Source: Desulfocapsa sp. | Lineage (GTDB): Bacteria > Desulfobacterota > Desulfobulbia > Desulfobulbales > CG2-30-60-27 | Direction: 5' to 3' | Assembly (NCBI GenBank): GCA_020717925.1 | Contig: DYDL01000002.1 | Coordinates: forward strand, 1-44,580 | Length of the DNA stretch: 44,580 bases | Shown here: one piece after another, positions 44,053 to 44,580 of the stretch | Position numbering within the stretch: the stretch's first letter is position 1 | Layout: the number at the start of each line of letters is the position of its first letter | The notes under the pieces: model-generated | Databases searched by the model: none | What the model was told of the DNA's origin: nothing | The model's input: the letters and a program-made list of their open reading frames with translations, nothing else | Position numbers and translations under genes: made by a program

Positions 44053-44580
44053 CATGGAACCAGTATTCACGCTTCCATATTCCGAGTATGCCGTTGTCAA
44101 TGAGTTCAGTCAGCACTTTGGCAAACGGGATGGTTTTTCGATCTATGTCCCAGCCAGTCGGCAAGAGAAAAACGTCGATTTCCTCATGCACTATTCTTAT
44201 GACAATACGTGCTTACGATTTCAGGTCAAGAGTTCACGGTCCTACATCAACGAAAATCAACGATCCCTTGCAAAAGGAGCATTGAAGTATCAGCTGTGGT
44301 TCAATAATTTCATCAATCGCTACAAGCCCAATCAAGCTGACATCTATGTACTATTTGGTTTGTATCCTGCTTATGCGATCGACAAGTCAATCCATTCAAA
44401 GCAATCTTTCTGGCGTTCCCTCATTTTGTGCTTGAGAGATGAAGAAATGGGAGCATTGCTAGCGCAGGTCAAGACAAAGAAAGAAAAGAAACAAGATCGT
44501 TTCTTCGGCATAGGGTTTGATTCTCCGAAGGCCATTTACGGCACCCGCGGTTTCTCACCCCAAATAGACATGACGCATCA
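44053..44580 (+). CDS. Partial ORF (runs off the window), PD-(D/E)xK nuclease-like
   Basis: Not in the ORF track because no stop codon is reached. ATG 44053 follows AAGGAA, and 176 codons are open. The spacing in 'NVDFLMHY...LRFQVKSSRSY' resembles a D...(E/Q)xK restriction-endonuclease-like core. A hand count of 44101-44200 gives 45 G+C per 100 nt. Confidence 0.5.

Noticed and set aside
43855-44103. 82-aa plus-strand ORF with a decent GAGGA RBS upstream of the nuclease-like ORF.
   Set aside because: It contains the nested palindromes that look like operators, overlaps the nuclease-like ORF by 51 nt, and has an odd basic composition. It could still be a small regulator. I leave it uncalled.

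Overview
GC-rich bacterial chromosome segment. The gene content (Sec-containing selD, Kup, DUF349, dnaN-gyrB-gyrA) suggests a Desulfobacterota/Deltaproteobacteria-like anaerobe, but that is inference only. The housekeeping backbone is hisS-aspS, glgX, a transaldolase, mutS, rluA-family, mtnA, dnaN-gyrB-gyrA-gpsA-selD, and two K+ importers (Kup and a KimA-like APC transporter). AT-richer accessory patches interrupt it. (1) The left end carries HigBA and MazEF-like TA loci, an orphan helical protein, and a 2.2-kb low-GC cassette. The cassette holds a SAMHD1/YwfO-like HD phosphohydrolase translationally coupled (ATGA) to a Panacea/YwgA-like small protein. It sits between the aspS stop codon and a ~100-nt relic copy of the aspS 3' end. 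I consider this the best candidate for an undescribed TA-like or defence system. (2) Positions 26.8-28.1 kb hold a long inverted repeat followed by an apparently leaderless HTH gene coupled to a PAS gene. (3) The right end holds VapBC plus a partial PD-(D/E)xK-like ORF that the ORF track missed. Four further signals are not in the ORF track. selD is itself a selenoprotein with an in-frame UGA and a SECIS hairpin. A small Cys-rich ORF just after the DUF349 gene has an in-frame UGA with a SECIS-like hairpin of the same geometry. A ydaO-type c-di-AMP riboswitch with an intrinsic terminator precedes the KimA-like gene. An oriC-like AT-rich region with DnaA-box-like 9-mers lies upstream of dnaN, and no dnaA is in the window. 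I found no tRNA, rRNA, CRISPR array, transposase or integrase. Many long ORFs in the track are antisense shadow ORFs of GC-rich genes.
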